A stretch of 63,987 bases of DNA, counting the filler, from Dirinaria sp. TL-2023a (Eukaryota): NCBI GenBank assembly GCA_051941275.1. It is 15 parts of 15 records of this genome, joined end to end, with 100 filler letters (N's around TTAATTAATTAA, not from the genome) between each part and the next. Parts side by side here need not be neighbours in the genome. Positions count along the whole stretch, not along the records: positions 12,983 to 17,195 come from JAVEBF010001886.1; positions 17,296 to 21,500 come from JAVEBF010001887.1; positions 21,601 to 25,803 come from JAVEBF010001888.1; positions 25,904 to 30,106 come from JAVEBF010001889.1; 11 more parts are not named here. One strand, 5' to 3'. Below the pieces are notes generated by a model that did no database searches, was not told where the DNA came from, and was given only the letters and a program-made list of their open reading frames with translations. Below are positions 14,082 through 26,022 of the stretch, piece by piece (positions within the stretch are counted from its first letter, which is position 1; every line of letters starts with the position of its first letter). The position numbers were made by a program, and so were the translations under genes.

Positions 14082-15884
14082 CTACAAGACCACACTACTA
14101 ACACTCAACACGCCACCGCCCTCCACGAGCCCCTTGAGTACGTGTTCCTCGACTTCACCATCCACACCCAAGATCATCAACGCCTCTGTGCTTTCCTTGG
14201 GCGTGCTCGCGTCACTGGGCGTCCGCAGTCTCTGCTGCGCCGTCTTGGGCACGTACAGTTCGTTGTTCTTGTACGTCGCCGGTGCGACGGACATGTAATT
14301 GATGTTGACGTTCTCCTTACCGAGTAGATCCCCCACCACGCCAATCTTGCCCGGGGCGTCGTAGTTGTGGCAGATGAGGAGCGTGCCATCGGCCTTGAAG
14401 GAGGTGCTGAAGCGATCGATGCGCGAGATGAAGGGCAGTCTGTCCGAGCAGTAGCCCGAGATGATGTGCTGCTTTTCGTCCCCCCGCCGGGTGTTCAGGG
14501 CTGTTGTTGATAGTTGGTCTAGACGAGTCGAACTCGTCGCGCGCGAAGGAGGGCGTGCAACGACCGTGACCAGACTTGAGTAGGCCTGAGCAGACGGATC
14601 ACGGGATTTTTGTTCGTTGACGAAGATGCCACGTTCTTTAGCCACCAGTTCGGCATTCACAATGTTGACGTTGAAACCCTCGGCGTCGGAGATGGGAGAA
14701 GTGAGGCCTTTGACAAATGCAGCAAAGAGCGGTTTGGTCGAGGAGATGGCAGAGATCTCGCCCTCGTACGTCAGATCGAAGGTAGTCCGTCCAGATTGTT
14801 CTCTCGGTGAAGTGAAATGCTGCGTGTAGAGGGAGCCCATCTTTTCAACTAATGTGACAAAGGGTTGCAAGGTCTTGTGGTCTGCGGGTAAGATTATGGG
14901 AGCATTGACTGCGCTGCGAGGAAGTTCACCGGCCAAAATCTGCAGAACTTGTTCACAAACATCGATACTTACATTCTCTTGCGCCTCGACTGTCGATGCA
15001 CCAAGGTGTGGTGTACATACACATCGAGGATGCGCAATAAGCTTGGCCGCTGCTGATTCAGGATCTTTGTTTGGCGGCTCGCTTGTGAAGACGTCAATGG
15101 CAGCACCAGATAGCTGACCTGCGTCCAACGCAGCAAGCAACGCTACTTCGTCGACAATACCGCCTCGCGCAACGTTTAGTATCCGAGCGCCTTTCTTCAT
15201 CTGTCCGATCTCTGTATGCGAGAGCATGCCTTTCGTCGACGCAAGCATTGGTGTGTGAATGGTGAGAAAATCGGCCACCGGAAGCAGCTCGCCCAGTGAC
15301 GCAACGAGCTTGACATTGGCTGCTTCAGCTACTGATGGGGAAGCGTAGGGATCAGCTGCCGCAACCTCCATCCCCAACCCACGCGCCATGCGTGCAACGA
15401 TCAGTCCGACTTTGCCCAAGCCGATTATGCCCAGAGTCTTTCCTTTCACCTCGACACCCACCAGCCTACTCCTCTCCCATTTTCCTGCCTTTAGGCTCGC
15501 ACACGCATCGGGAACATTCCTGGCCATTGACAGCAGCAAAGCAACAGTATGCTCGGCTGCAGCTTGTATGTTGCCACTCGGGCTATTTACAACGATTATC
15601 CCTTGCTTTGTGGCCGCCGGTACATCAACATTGTCAACACCCACGCCAGCTCTTGCTACCACTTTCAGCCTCTTCGCTGCTTGCAAAAGCGCGGCAGTGA
15701 CCTTGGTCTCGGAGCGTACCAGAAGTGCATCGTAGGCCGGGATGAGCTCGATCAATTGATCTGCCGTGAGTCCTTTCTGCTCGTCAACATCGATAGTTGC
15801 ACGAAGTAGTGCAAGACCGTCAGCAGAAAGCTTCTCCGGACATAAGACCTTCGGCCGTACAACATCGCCATTAGCCGCTTCCAT
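14082..15884 (-). CDS. D-3-phosphoglycerate dehydrogenase (long form with C-terminal regulatory/ACT region)
   Basis: Motifs VRSETKV, RAGVGVDNVD, AAAEHT, GIIGLGKVG, LNVARGGIV, TPHLGAST.EAQ and an ACT-like NYDAPGKIGVVG. The likely ATG is at 15884. Confidence 0.93.
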   Translation of the reverse strand: MEAANGDVVRPKVLCPEKLSADGLALLRATIDVDEQKGLTADQLIELIPAYDALLVRSETKVTAALLQAAKRLKVVARAGVGVDNVDVPAATKQGIIVVNSPSGNIQAAAEHTVALLLSMARNVPDACASLKAGKWERSRLVGVEVKGKTLGIIGLGKVGLIVARMARGLGMEVAAADPYASPSVAEAANVKLVASLGELLPVADFLTIHTPMLASTKGMLSHTEIGQMKKGARILNVARGGIVDEVALLAALDAGQLSGAAIDVFTSEPPNKDPESAAAKLIAHPRCVCTPHLGASTVEAQENVSIDVCEQVLQILAGELPRSAVNAPIILPADHKTLQPFVTLVEKMGSLYTQHFTSPREQSGRTTFDLTYEGEISAISSTKPLFAAFVKGLTSPISDAEGFNVNIVNAELVAKERGIFVNEQKSRDPSAQAYSSLVTVVARPPSRATSSTRLDQLSTTALNTRRGDEKQHIISGYCSDRLPFISRIDRFSTSFKADGTLLICHNYDAPGKIGVVGDLLGKENVNINYMSVAPATYKNNELYVPKTAQQRLRTPSDASTPKESTEALMILGVDGEVEEHVLKGLVEGGGVLSVSSVVL

Positions 15885-17853
15885 TGTGTTTGGGTCACGA
15901 CAACGACAGGTTTTTTTGCTTGCACGGTGGAGAGACAGCTCGTGTGGTATGTTGGACAGGCGTGGCAGAATCACACAGCGCCAGACAGCATAGAAGAAGG
16001 TTCGATTCTATGCGCATAAGGAAGGTATGTACTGCATTTGTTCTTGTCGTGCTTGCATAGCCAGCCCCGCGCTTCCCCCACACGATTATGCGGATAGTCT
16101 TAGGTTCCGAGTCAGGCTGATTGGATGCTCTTTTCATATCCCCTGCCCTAGTGAAGTTAAAATGGTGAGATATTGCACCACTTTCAATATGATGGCTGCT
16201 GGCGGCATCCAGCTGTTGTGACATGGTCGTGTATTTTGGATATCTGTGAATGCACAAAGGAATAATTAATGAATCGGGGGACTGTACGCGAGCTCGGCGA
16301 GATATGCCAAGAAGACAGAAAACTGCCTCGGCCGCACCCTCGATCGGGCTTCCCGTGAATGCCGCCTTAAGGTCGCGCGACCCCGGGTGATCTTGGGTGG
16401 CTGCGCCCCCATTCTATCCGATACTAAGGTAAGGTAGGTCAGCAGGTCTTTTGTGTGTCGTGTTGCTGTTTTCGTTCTATTGTGTTAGCGTCTCCGGGCC
16501 GTGTATTGCCCGAACCCTCTCAGTTTCCCACGCCCCTTGTATTTAGATTTCTTTCCTTCTTTTCTTCTTCATAGTTAAGATCCTAGTCTAGTATTACCCA
16601 CATGCTATGTGCGCTGTGCAGGCCCTGACATTCTTCCTAACATTCAATCGAAAATTGAGACTCTCATTGCGATTTTATATTGCTTTGAAATCATCACTGC
16701 TAGACGCAAGAAGTGTAAAGAGGTCTGAGTTGCTAAGATCCAGAAGGACCGCCTAGGTAAGAGTATACGTGCTAACTACGCTAGACTAAATGTAGGATGG
16801 TGCTGGACTACAGAGGGTAAGGTAAGGTAGTCACCGAAAGGGCAGTCGCTCGGGACCGTGGACCATGGGAAAGGGTTCCCAAATGCTATGCTATGTAAGG
16901 TATGCTATTGTACCATGACAATCACTCTATATAAGGTACTCTCAAAACACGATCAGGAGAATCGAAGCGCAAGTTCGCTGAGATTATTATCTCTGGCTAT
17001 TTCGCGGTTATTGAGCTTTGGTACTCCTATTCGTGCTTTTTTTGTTTTTAAGTTTGCTTTTTATGGAACTTGGTGACCCAATTGGACTTCGCATACCGTC
17101 TATTGTTATTACTTCTATGTGTAGAGGTTGTTATCTAAGTAGGTGTTTTACATATGTGCGGAGGTCTATACCCCGATTGGGCCTAGTGCCCTCTCNNNNN
17201 NNNNNNNNNNNNNNNNNNNNNNNNNNNNNNNNNNNNNNNTTAATTAATTAANNNNNNNNNNNNNNNNNNNNNNNNNNNNNNNNNNNNNNNNNNNNTTGCT
17301 TTTCCATTTACCCTTGCGATCATAATTTCTCTGGACACGCGGTCAACAATCCTGGCAATGACGATAAATCTACTGAAGGTTTCATGCACAAGGTCGACCA
17401 CAGTTCATTGATAGCCCGACGAGCCAACGATTGATCTGATTTCGATTATTATTACCTCTCCACCACAATGTGTTAATTATTGGCCTACATTCTTGATAGC
17501 TCCTTCTTTTTCTCGTTCGTTTTCCGTTGGACCTGGAGTTCAAGAGTAAGCGATTCTTTGTTCCAAGGCGCCCCAATCACCCCATTACCACGATTGAGCC
17601 GGAGCTATACCAAGCCCCTTTGTCCCCCATACAATGCCATTGTCCCAAAACAAGGGTCAGCGCTGTTATCACAATCCTGACTGTGTATCACCAACATCTC
17701 CATCTCCGTCTATAAATCCCATTCTCAGGCTCAAAGTTAGACAACCACTCTAAAACTCCCATTAACGCCCTCTCTTCATTCCTCACTGCCTAGCTCCCGA
17801 ACCCAAATATCCTCTTGCCTCTTCAAACCAAAATCTCAGTCAGCCAAACCCCA

Positions 17854-18156
17854 ATGGCATTCTCCTCCCACGAATCCCCCAGCAGCAGCTATCCCGCGCC
17901 TTCCCGTCCACCTCCACCGCCTCCCCGCTCGCCGGCTTACTGGTTCGTCTCTCGAAACCATATGCAAGCGCCGGAAGGAAATCTCCCAACGAATCCTTCC
18001 AAGGTCAAGAACTTTGGCGAGGCAGCTTTCAAGTTGGATTATATAGATTACATGTTGAGTGTAGAGCAGGCTAAAGCGGCAGGTGGGCAAGAGAGGGAGT
18101 TTTGGGGAGGGAGGAGGTTGATGACGAAAAATAGGGCGGAGAATTGGTGTTGGTAG
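17854..18156 (+). CDS. Hypothetical small proline-rich protein
   Basis: ATG ORF of 100 aa. No family recognised. Confidence 0.3.
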   Translation: MAFSSHESPSSSYPAPSRPPPPPPRSPAYWFVSRNHMQAPEGNLPTNPSKVKNFGEAAFKLDYIDYMLSVEQAKAAGGQEREFWGGRRLMTKNRAENWCW

Positions 18157-19779
18157 TTTGGGTTTTGGGAACCGCTGGGTACCCGTCAAGAGATATTGGT
18201 GAAAGTAGTTTTGGAGGGCTTATTATCTGGATTTAGATCCGTCCATGTTGTGCCATCGACTCATAGAGACACAACTATAGGGTTTTTTAAGCCAATAGAG
18301 ATCTACCCAAAAGAACAATCTTGATTGTCTATTTTCATTTGTGGAGCTAGCGATATTGGCGAATGTTCGTCCTCGATTAAAGGTTTGTTCAGAGTGTAGT
18401 CATATCCGAAATAATATGCAACTTACCGCATTGCCTAGTAACGAAATTCCGTGTCTTCGCAATGATAAAATAAAAACTAAATGCGACGTATGAATGAATA
18501 GTTCGACAATTATAAGATTTTAATATATGCTAAGAAGGCGTGGTAAGCGATCACAATTCGTACTAGCTCAGCACCTCCCATCTCTTCATGGGGGAAAAAA
18601 AAAAAAAAAAAAAAACAGGTAAAAATTATCATGTAAGAGGTATAATCACAGCGACTGTCAGCCTTCAATCTTCACACAACTACTGCTTTTCTTAGAAAAC
18701 CGCAAAACACAAATGATTTCGAACATCGGTTGTGAAAAAAGGCATATCCCCGAGTAGTGTGACACTGGAAGTCTCCCCTGCCAAGACACGGTTTAACCGA
18801 TGGTCGATGACGTAAACCTAGCGACGAGCCGCTCTGTCTCAGATTGTCTCGGACATCATAAATGTCTAAAGTAGCCTATCTTTAGTTCCTTCTTTGAATG
18901 GGGAAGCATAATATGGAAGTTGCTTTGAAACGCAGCCCGCCTTCATCTCGATACCTCTCCTCGTTATGACGCACAGTGGTCGAATGATTCCACTCACTAT
19001 TCAACACAGCAGAGACTTATGACTGAGCTGAGGAGAATATGATTCCAACACAGGATAGCTGTTTGATTCAATATGCTATAGCCACACTAAGGATGTCTTT
19101 CTTTCAAGGAATCGCGGGAACGACGATCAAACGGCGCTACTCAGCAGATCCACTCGCAGAGCGTGCCGTTACGGCAGAGCGCTCCATCAGCGTGGCATCT
19201 GATGCAATAATGATCGACGAGCATGGCCCGTTTGAGCGCCTTATAATAGCGCGTTGCTAAAAGCCGTCATCCACGTGGAGATGAGCTTCAATGTGGGGTG
19301 GTGACATGACTCAATATGGAACCGTCATTCCACGGACATCCTACTGAAACAACGAACTTCATGACGCGAGATGCTAAGACCGAGTGGGGATTCCTGATCC
19401 TATTGGCTCATGGTCCCAGCGATGGACTCGATGGTCTCTCCGAAATCTCTTTGATGTATGCACAATAGGTTAAACATGAATATCTTCCACTGGTACGACG
19501 GTCGACGTCAAACACGGGACATCTTGAGAGTGGGGTCCGGATCTACGTGCGAAGTTTCCGTCTCATGACTCTCGATACCCATCTCGATACCCATAAGTTT
19601 CGAAAATTGTGCTTGGGCTTTATATTGTATATATAACGAGTGGAACCTTCAAGACGGATGGTTCCCCAGAATACTCCTACTTGAAAAATTTTGACTCTAG
19701 CTGCAATAAACTTCCGCTTCTGAAGAGAATCCTGTTAACAACCGAAAAACCTATTTGAGTCTGATCAGAAGCTTTGAAA

Positions 19780-20467
19780 ATGTTCCTAGCAGTCGCTCTT
19801 GTCGCATTAGGCTGTCTGCTAAGCGCAGTCGCACCTTTGCCACAGCAATATACCAATAACAGCATCACGGGTGCGACCAGTGGATCAGGCAGTGACAATG
19901 TGCCTAATGGACCTTTCAGAGCTTCTTTCACCCGGTGGGTGCTACTCCTCGTCCCTCCTTAGCCCTTGATTCTTCTCCAGACCCTTCAGATGTTACTTAC
20001 TAGTCCGGGCTTCTCTGACTTCCGCTAGATACGGCACTGGAGACATCATGGGCTCACAGAACTGCGTAACCAGCAGCAACGCTTGCGGTGTCCCAGGCAC
20101 TGGTGGCCCTACAGCCGCGGTATCCCAGAACCTTTACAACGTCACTGCTGGTGGAGGGGGCCGAGCCTGTGGTACCTGCTGGTCTCTTACTACTGACGGG
20201 GGATCGAATCTGGTCGTCCGCGTCAATAATGAATGTCCTGCCGAGGGAAACTCTATGTGCAGTATGCAGACTCTGCAAGATGCCAATCAGGATGGTATGT
20301 TCGTTGTTCATCTTTTACAATGATGATATATGCGTGCAGGCTGATAATGTGCTGTCTTAGGTGGTAATGTAAACTTCGATTTATGTTCGGATAGTGGGGC
20401 CGCGGACTCATTAATGGGGAGCGGAGTTGGTTTTGCGATGGGAAATGCTGTTAAGGCTACTTGCTAA
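19780..20467 (+). CDS. Secreted GH45 (subfamily C / expansin-like double-psi beta-barrel) endoglucanase-like protein
   Basis: Exons 19780-19934, 20029-20294 and 20361-20467 with GT-AG introns. Has a signal peptide, then ASFTR|YG..NACG..TAAVSQ..RACGTCWSLT..VVRVNNECPAEGN..C..ANQDG|GNVNFDLC. The pattern resembles Phanerochaete Cel45A as recalled. Confidence 0.8.
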
Positions 20468-22699
20468 ACGAAGGAGGTAAAGTGGTTCATGGTGCGTTGC
20501 TTGGCCGAGTAGTGTATTGCCCATTTCAAAAGTCTAATGAAGAATAGTTCTTTCGCCTGGTTTTTGGAAAGCACTTCGGCAAGGATCATTCTTTCGTCAT
20601 ATCTCTCATTTTACGTCCCCTCTCCACACCTATATCAGGTCTCCTTCCCAATATCGTTCTAGAGATCCTTTTTTCCTCTCTCTCCATCGAACAAAGCTAG
20701 TACAAAGAATAGCAACAACTCGCATTCCCGCAAGGTCCCTACGCTCATGCCCAAGAACAAGCAAAGCCTCGAACGCAATCAGGCAAAACCAACCTGCAAT
20801 AAGTTTCTCAAAGACTAAACCTGATGAATGCATGGATCTGATGACCACCCATCTCCTAGAAAGGCCAAGTAAGTATTTACGCAAGCTTCAATTGCGCCTC
20901 TACGTCCGCAGGATCTAGCTAGATTTTTGAAGCGAGAGGCACAGCAAGCCTACTTCAAAACCTCTAAAGACCATGCTCATGATGCAGCATGCTGAAGATC
21001 ATCAGAGCTCGCTGCATCGAATTCATCTTAGAGTATCAGGCGCTTGAAAACCCATGGAAACCTACTTGTGGTGCTGTTTCCGATTGGGACTTCCGGTTAT
21101 TCATATCTCGTTCTAAGCATTAAGTGCTTACACAACTGAATTAAACCAAGGCCATGGCTGAGCAAGTATCCAGCAACTAAACATGGAATCTCACACCCTT
21201 CTATCCCTCCTATTCCCCTTAGGTTGCCAATGAACTAGACGCAACGCATTAGCTTCTAGTACCTTCTCCTAATACACCAAAACCTATTCAATTGAAATAT
21301 GACCTACAATCACCGCAACCCTTACCACCATCCCAAATCCTCTGCATAATCTCCAAAACCATCTAGCACCAGTGCTTCATAATTCTAACCACCAAATGCA
21401 TCCACCGTAGCGCATCGCACCACCAAAGAGAGAAAAAAAAAAAGAGGAAACACCTACCTCCCCCGGCTCCAAACAACTTCATCATCCAACATCAACCGCC
21501 NNNNNNNNNNNNNNNNNNNNNNNNNNNNNNNNNNNNNNNNNNNNTTAATTAATTAANNNNNNNNNNNNNNNNNNNNNNNNNNNNNNNNNNNNNNNNNNNN
21601 GGATGTTTATGTGCACTAATCCGGAAGCTGCAAAAGCGATCAGAAAGGTCTTTGATGAAGATATTCTTGGCCAAGGCGGTATCGACGGCTTGGGGACGAG
21701 GTGGGTTGAGGATGTTTTTTGATGAGATTGAAATGACGAGAAGCTTCACCGGGCGAAACAGGTGAACTTTCTAAGAGCGGCACGGCTTCAGGTAACTTGA
21801 ATTTGTGCGAACATAAGACGACCATGCTCAGGCAACCCTGGAAAGGTCGATCATATGGGTCAACCCCTCAACTGGATTCCTCCTGGGAATGTCTTGCACA
21901 CTGTGCTCTATCTGCATAGACGAGTAGTTCTAGATTCTAACGGCCTGACTGCTGCATTATGAGCCTGTGAGGCCACTTATACAGAATCACCAATTTTTTC
22001 GATCGAGATTCGAGCAGTCAAAACTTCTTGTCCAAGCAATATAACTCGAAGACTCTTATATCATGTTGTCTTTACGTCTCACCTATACTTTATAAATCCA
22101 TTATCTCAGTGATTACAAGCAAAGTATAGACTTTAGTGCTAATTGAAATCACGATGATTACTTCATGAGATTTTATGTTATTTGGCCGCCGGCAAGCAGC
22201 TCTCAACTTTACACAGCTCAGGCACACTATTCCAGCCTCCAAAATGCAGCGGCAAGTCGAGTGGAATGGCTCGTTGACTTGAAATCTGGAAGTGGGAAAG
22301 ATGAAATGTTTATCTATCGACAACAGATATCGTTAATTCATAAGCTCATGAGGAGTTCCTTACGGCTATACAACGTCCGTCCTCAACTATTGCTCATAAC
22401 CTCCTGCATGCGGAGCTTCGAGGACCACAATCAATGATATCCTCTATTTTAATTCCGCTCTAGTGGCTGAGTCGATTACAGCTCTGAGAGCGGTGCCGTG
22501 AGGCCTTTCACTGGAAAGGCGAATCTCAAGATCCGGAGTTATAGAGTAAAGCAAGTAACTTAAGTTCATGTTCTCCGCGCTTGCTCCTCACTTCTCTTTA
22601 CAGCTGGCTATAATTAAAATCAATATGTAAACTCCGTTCATTGAACTCAAACCCCATTCACCTTTGAAAATTGTGGTTTGTGTTTACTTGAAGTATTAT

Positions 22700-25600
22700 C
22701 ACTTATCTCCCGACCTATTGATCTGTGTAAAAGAGATGGCTTTCATTCAGGTTCACCACTTATACTGCACCCATGTCGTGGGTCGTGGGGAAGAACTTGG
22801 ATGATCTGGATCTCTTATAAATTATTACGGTAGCTAAGTCTCACTGAGTTTTTGAGCGCAGGCAGCGATATTTGATCAGTGAACATGTCTCAAGGATTTT
22901 TGAGCGGAATGATTTTTATATTCGTTTATCTCATATTCTGCACATTCTGCGCGGACTCATTTTCTGAATTTCTGCATGCCTACACATTCTTCAGACATGT
23001 CAACAAGCATGTGGAGAAATTTCTCGAAACTGGGTATTAAGGCACTAGCGTCGCAAATACTTGTTCATGATGGGCTTTCTCTCTGGAGGTAGTATCATAT
23101 GTTAGACACGTTGCTAACGCTCAGACATATTTTGAACAAAATATCCGACGCCATCTCAAACGGTCATCGTTGTCTCTATCAGGTAGGTCATTTGGGTTAA
23201 AGCCATCGCACAGACAGTTTTCAAAATCTCGGTTTGGGACTGTGCGCGCATGAGAGAAGTCTGAGATTGAAAGATAGAGCATCAAACTTGAACCTTTTCC
23301 TCAACTTTTGCAAAAGAAAAAATGCGTCATTTTCTTTAGTTCCTTTCTTTTTCTTTTCAATTCAGCTGTTGGGAATGTTTAGTTACCAACTTACCTCTGC
23401 TCCGGGAAACACTGAATAGGAGGTTTTCACCTTTCGGACCACTCGCTTCCTGCAAATTTCAGCATGGAACTAGTCCACGAAGCACATTGAGATGACTAAC
23501 GTTCGGCAAGGTCAAGAGATGAGCTCAAAAATCGATGAATAACTAGAGTCGAAACTTGAATATTGACGGACAGATCCTTTTCATCACTCATTCTAGCATA
23601 TTAAACAGAGTATCTATCAACGTCGGCTAGCAGAGTACAGCTGAAGCAGCAGTGCTAAGCATTGTTGCTCCAGAGGCAAGAGAAGGTCAGACGAACGCTT
23701 AAACGGCGGATCATTCTATCAGATGGGCCATGTGTTGACGAAATTAAAACTCTCAGCCCTATGCTCCATGTATATAACCCACACACCTCCATAGTTCTTA
23801 CAAAACCAGTCGTCAACTTCAACACCATGAACAAGGGAAATCTGTTCTTGAAGTGTTCGAAGCGAATGAAAGAATAGCTGATTGATGATTTATTTAAGAA
23901 AGCAACTTCTCGAGGGCTTATGCATCGGTCATTCAACGCACGCGAATCGAGGGACACTATAGGGAGCGCAAATGGCTATCGATGTGACTTTAAGGTTGAG
24001 TGAGTCTGCTGATATACGAGTAGAGACATCTGATACGGCTGTACAGCTCGCTTGACTGCGCTATTAACCTATTTGTTGTTTTCTGATTTTTACGCTACAT
24101 TTGCAACATCTTCTGCAGATAGCTCCTTGTCGAGCTAATACGACCCATTTGCTGTCTCGGAGACAGCGAGATCTGAGGCTTCGAGATTCGGTTGGACGAA
24201 AATGAATCTAATCTCTGATCGTCAATACAAGACTATGGCAAGCGAGTTTAATCAGTGAGATCGATCTCATCAGTATCCTGAGAATATGTCTACGAAAATA
24301 AGAATTCTTCTAAATCAAGATCATACTCTTATATACTTGTTGAAAAGCGACTTTGCAAATCACTGCAAATCGAAGCGAGAAAGAAAGAGAGCTACAATGA
24401 TGAATATCTGTCGGTAGGCATCCAGGAATTATTTTGCGCAACCCGAAAGAGCTTCACTTCAAGGAGGGATCCAGATTTAGAGAGAAAAAAAGGGGCGGAA
24501 AATGCGCGATATGGATGCAAAATTTAATGCCGGCGCCTTATACTGAAGCCTTCATGATTTGCTTCATGAAAAGAATCTGTAATTAGACTCAAAAAGCCAG
24601 GACTGCTTCACTGGGAGAGTCGCTGAGGCGGGGAGCTTTTTCGTGAGCAAGGACACTTATCGTGTCTTCTCAGTTCAAGCACGCAGCGCTCACGGGCTCG
24701 ACCATATGACTCGGATTCAAGTTTCAATTTGACGCGGAGGTAATTTTTGTCCTCTTTCACTAAAGCGTGGGAGCTGGTCATAGCAAAGAATGTCGAGACT
24801 CTAGCTTCTGCACTGATGGGACCGATGAGGAATTCACTCGGCAATGAAAGTCTATTTGACTTCGTCGACAAAGAGGAATCGGGTATTTCGTTAGAACCCA
24901 TATTCAACGGCATCCAGGGGGGCCGAGCACCCATGATGGTGGAGCTTTAAATGAAAATTCAGAGACTTGAATACAAAAGACAATTCGATGCTCACTGAAT
25001 TCTGACTTCTTCTATATTCGAAAATATCAAAGAATACTAATCGTCTCTTTCTTTGCACAGAAGCATCACGAAGTTCGATTTACTAGAGTCAGTCTCACTT
25101 TTGCTCGTTAAATCTTTCTATTTCGTTGATCAGATGTTTTTTTAGAGACAACAATAAATTCTTGCCCAATGAAGTCAATTTCATTTTTGTTCGCTCAAAC
25201 GTATTAAGATTTTTTAAAATGAGAACGATTCATTTTTTGCTTTTTGAATTTTCTCCTTTCACACTTAATAAATCGAAATACGAAACGTGACGTATCAAAT
25301 CTTTAGGACGCTATCATTGCAAATAGAAATCGTACGTATTGAGAAAAGACGATTTGAGTAATCGACGAGTTTGATTATTTATTTTCATACGATAGCGACT
25401 CTTGATAAACGTTATCGACACAGAAAATTATGATGCAATATTAAATTAATAACTATGTCAACGTCGAAGACTACGTCGATCACGCGTATAATTTTCTGCT
25501 GCAAAATCTCGAGATTCAATTAAATTTCGCAAATAACGAACCGTGAAATCAAATAATCAAAATATTCAAACGTGCACGAAAAACACGAGATCGAGCAGCG

Positions 25601-25803
25601 AAAAAGAGAAAACTTGCTGAATATTGATTTGAAAATGCAATTCAAATGCTAACGATTGAATTGAACATTTATTATGCATTAATCGAAACAAGTCGTCTTA
25701 TTTCAAAATTTCTCGCTGTGAGTTTAAAAAAAGAACAAAAGAATGTCAACTTGAACAAAACACAACAATTAATTAATTTAACGATATTAAATCGTCTAAG
25801 AAC
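22700..25803. other. Decayed, mutation-eroded region (pseudogene or transposon relic)
   Basis: No intact long ORF. A minus-strand frame at ~22845-23085 looks protein-like but is broken by TGA stops. The right end is AT-rich and nearly lacks CC/GG. Confidence 0.5.
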
Positions 25804-26022
25804 NNNNNNNNNNNNNNNNNNNNNNNNNNNNNNNNNNNNNNNNNNNNTTAATTAATTAANNNNNNNNNNNNNNNNNNNNNNNNNNNNNNNNNNNNNNNNN
25901 NNNATGATTACCTTACACATACACGACAACTCCCTTGGGTAGTATTTCCTCGCCCCCTCCCCCCTCCTCTTGAGAAAAGCCGGATCATATCTTCTTTCCT
26001 AAAATACATGTGGGCGCTTTTT

